Of a stretch of 64,000 bases of DNA, positions 63,135 through 64,000 are shown piece after piece. A program made the position numbers and the translations under genes. The DNA is from an uncultured Bdellovibrio sp. Lineage in GTDB: Bacteria; Bdellovibrionota; Bdellovibrionia; Bdellovibrionales; Bdellovibrionaceae. The notes below the pieces were generated by a model. It did no database searches. It saw nothing but the letters and a program-made list of their open reading frames with translations, and was not told the origin of the DNA. The stretch is from contig CBIHNI010000009.1 of assembly GCA_966211455.1 (NCBI GenBank), forward strand, positions 115,576 through 179,575. The letters are read 5' to 3'. The number at the start of each line of letters is the position of its first letter. Within the stretch, counting starts at the first letter, position 1.

Positions 63135-64000
63135 GATCCTCTTTTCTCTGAACCCGTCTTCGAATTCTTTTCTTTGACGGCCTCAATCCAAGCGTGGTTG
63201 TCTAGATACCAACCAATCGTTTGTTCGAGCCCATCTTCAAACTGCCGATACTGGCGTTTGAATCCCAGCTCGCGCTCGGCCTTCTGATCATCGATCGCGT
63301 ACCGGAAATCATGCCCCAGGCGATCTTCGACGAACCGAATGCCTTGCGCGTGAGCCTGCCCTCCTTTGCGTGGGGCCATGCGATCCAAAATGCCGCAGAT
63401 CTTCGTCACGACATCCAAATTATTGCGCTCGGAATTTCCGCCAAAGCAGTAGCTCTCACCAACGCGACCCTTTTCAAACGCCAAAAGTACGCCGGCACAG
63501 TGATCTTGCACGTGAATCCAATCACGAATATTCGCTCCACGTCCGTAAACCGGAAGCGGCTCTTCTTTTAAAGCCTGAGTGATCATGCGCGGAATCAACT
63601 TCTCTGGAAACTGACGCGGGCCATAGTTATTCGAGCAATTGGTAATAATTGTTGGAAGCCCGTAAGTATGGTGCCACGCGCGCACTAGATGATCGCTTCC
63701 CGCTTTCGATGACGAATACGGAGAGTTCGGCGCATATGCCGTCTCTTCGCTGAACTTTCCCGTGTCGCCCAGCGAACCAAAAACTTCATCCGTTGAAACA
63801 TGCAGAAATCGAAATTTGGATTTCCTCTCGGTTGGCAGCTTTGCCCAGTAGCCACGTGCACCTTCCAAAAGTTCGAAAGTCCCCATGATATTGGTCAACA
63901 AAAATTGACGTGGCCCCGTGATCGAATTGTCGACATGACTTTCGGCCGCAAAATGGATCACACCATCGAACTCATTCTCAGCGAAAAGTTTTTGCACCAG
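63131..64000 (-). CDS. rfbB: dTDP-glucose 4,6-dehydratase (N-terminus beyond window end)
   Basis: The frame is open to nt 64000. [56 protein letters not shown]. The stop overlaps the rfbA start (ATGA type). Confidence 0.93.
   Translation of the reverse strand: MVQKLFAENEFDGVIHFAAESHVDNSITGPRQFLLTNIMGTFELLEGARGYWAKLPTERKSKFRFLHVSTDEVFGSLGDTGKFSEETAYAPNSPYSSSKAGSDHLVRAWHHTYGLPTIITNCSNNYGPRQFPEKLIPRMITQALKEEPLPVYGRGANIRDWIHVQDHCAGVLLAFEKGRVGESYCFGGNSERNNLDVVTKICGILDRMAPRKGGQAHAQGIRFVEDRLGHDFRYAIDDQKAERELGFKRQYRQFEDGLEQTIGWYLDNHAWIEAVKEKNSKTGSEKRGS

Noticed and set aside
1-64000. Mobile elements, CRISPR arrays, tRNA/rRNA genes, defence systems
   Set aside because: I recognised no transposase, integrase or recombinase-like ORFs, no direct-repeat arrays and no tRNA-like cloverleaf regions. 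Intergenic space is minimal. Every long ORF has a glycan-biosynthesis or methyl-cycle assignment, or is a membrane or hypothetical protein embedded in those operons.

Overview
The window is filled almost entirely by one Gram-negative cell-surface glycan super-locus of about 54 CDS. Gene junctions are very short or overlapping, often as ATGA, GTGA or TAATG start/stop overlaps. I saw no rRNA, tRNA, CRISPR array, transposase or integrase. Functional blocks in coordinate order:

- 2-4389: sugar aminotransferase, kdsA, and an MBOAT + SGNH O-acylation pair.
- 4400-13451, minus strand: Wzx-type flippase, GmhB-like phosphatase, ugd, an O-antigen ligase/polymerase-family protein, a divergent KpsS/KpsC-family gene, a GT4, and a polyprenyl-phosphate sugar-phosphate transferase (PGT).
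- 14990-20525: first nonulosonic-acid (NulO) cassette with a PseB-like dehydratase, RmlD-like reductase, NeuB with SAF domain, GT2, cytidylyltransferase and a Wzy-like protein.
- 20519-33714: a second PGT, a decayed ABC-exporter-like protein, a stand-alone secreted C1q-like protein, a GT-C-like protein, a second flippase, then a poorly characterised block (643-aa polytopic protein, membrane di-iron desaturase-family enzyme, two SAM methyltransferases, a 448-aa unknown).
- 33773-42244, minus strand: glycosyltransferases, a GtrB/ArnC-like GT2 with a GT-C-like protein, and an unusual GATase-II::PP-loop amidotransferase fusion.
- 42399-45209: a WbpD/WbpE/WbpB-type cassette.
- 64000 down to 45250: a 16-gene co-directional minus-strand array, rmlB-rmlA-metF-metH-rmlD-rmlC-galE-neuB-like-neuA-like-methyltransferase-DprE1-like-DprE2-like-B12 radical SAM-epimerase-asnB-GT2.

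The best novelty candidates are the DprE1/DprE2-like lipid-linked sugar epimerase module with its radical-SAM/AsnB/GT2 neighbours, the GATase-II::WbuX-type fusion, and the desaturase/methyltransferase block. The C1q-like secreted protein and metF-metH wedged inside the rml operon are also worth a look.

All family calls come from motif recognition in the supplied translations, with no database search. The taxon cannot be fixed from the sequence. A Bdellovibrio-like or other Gram-negative origin is only a guess.
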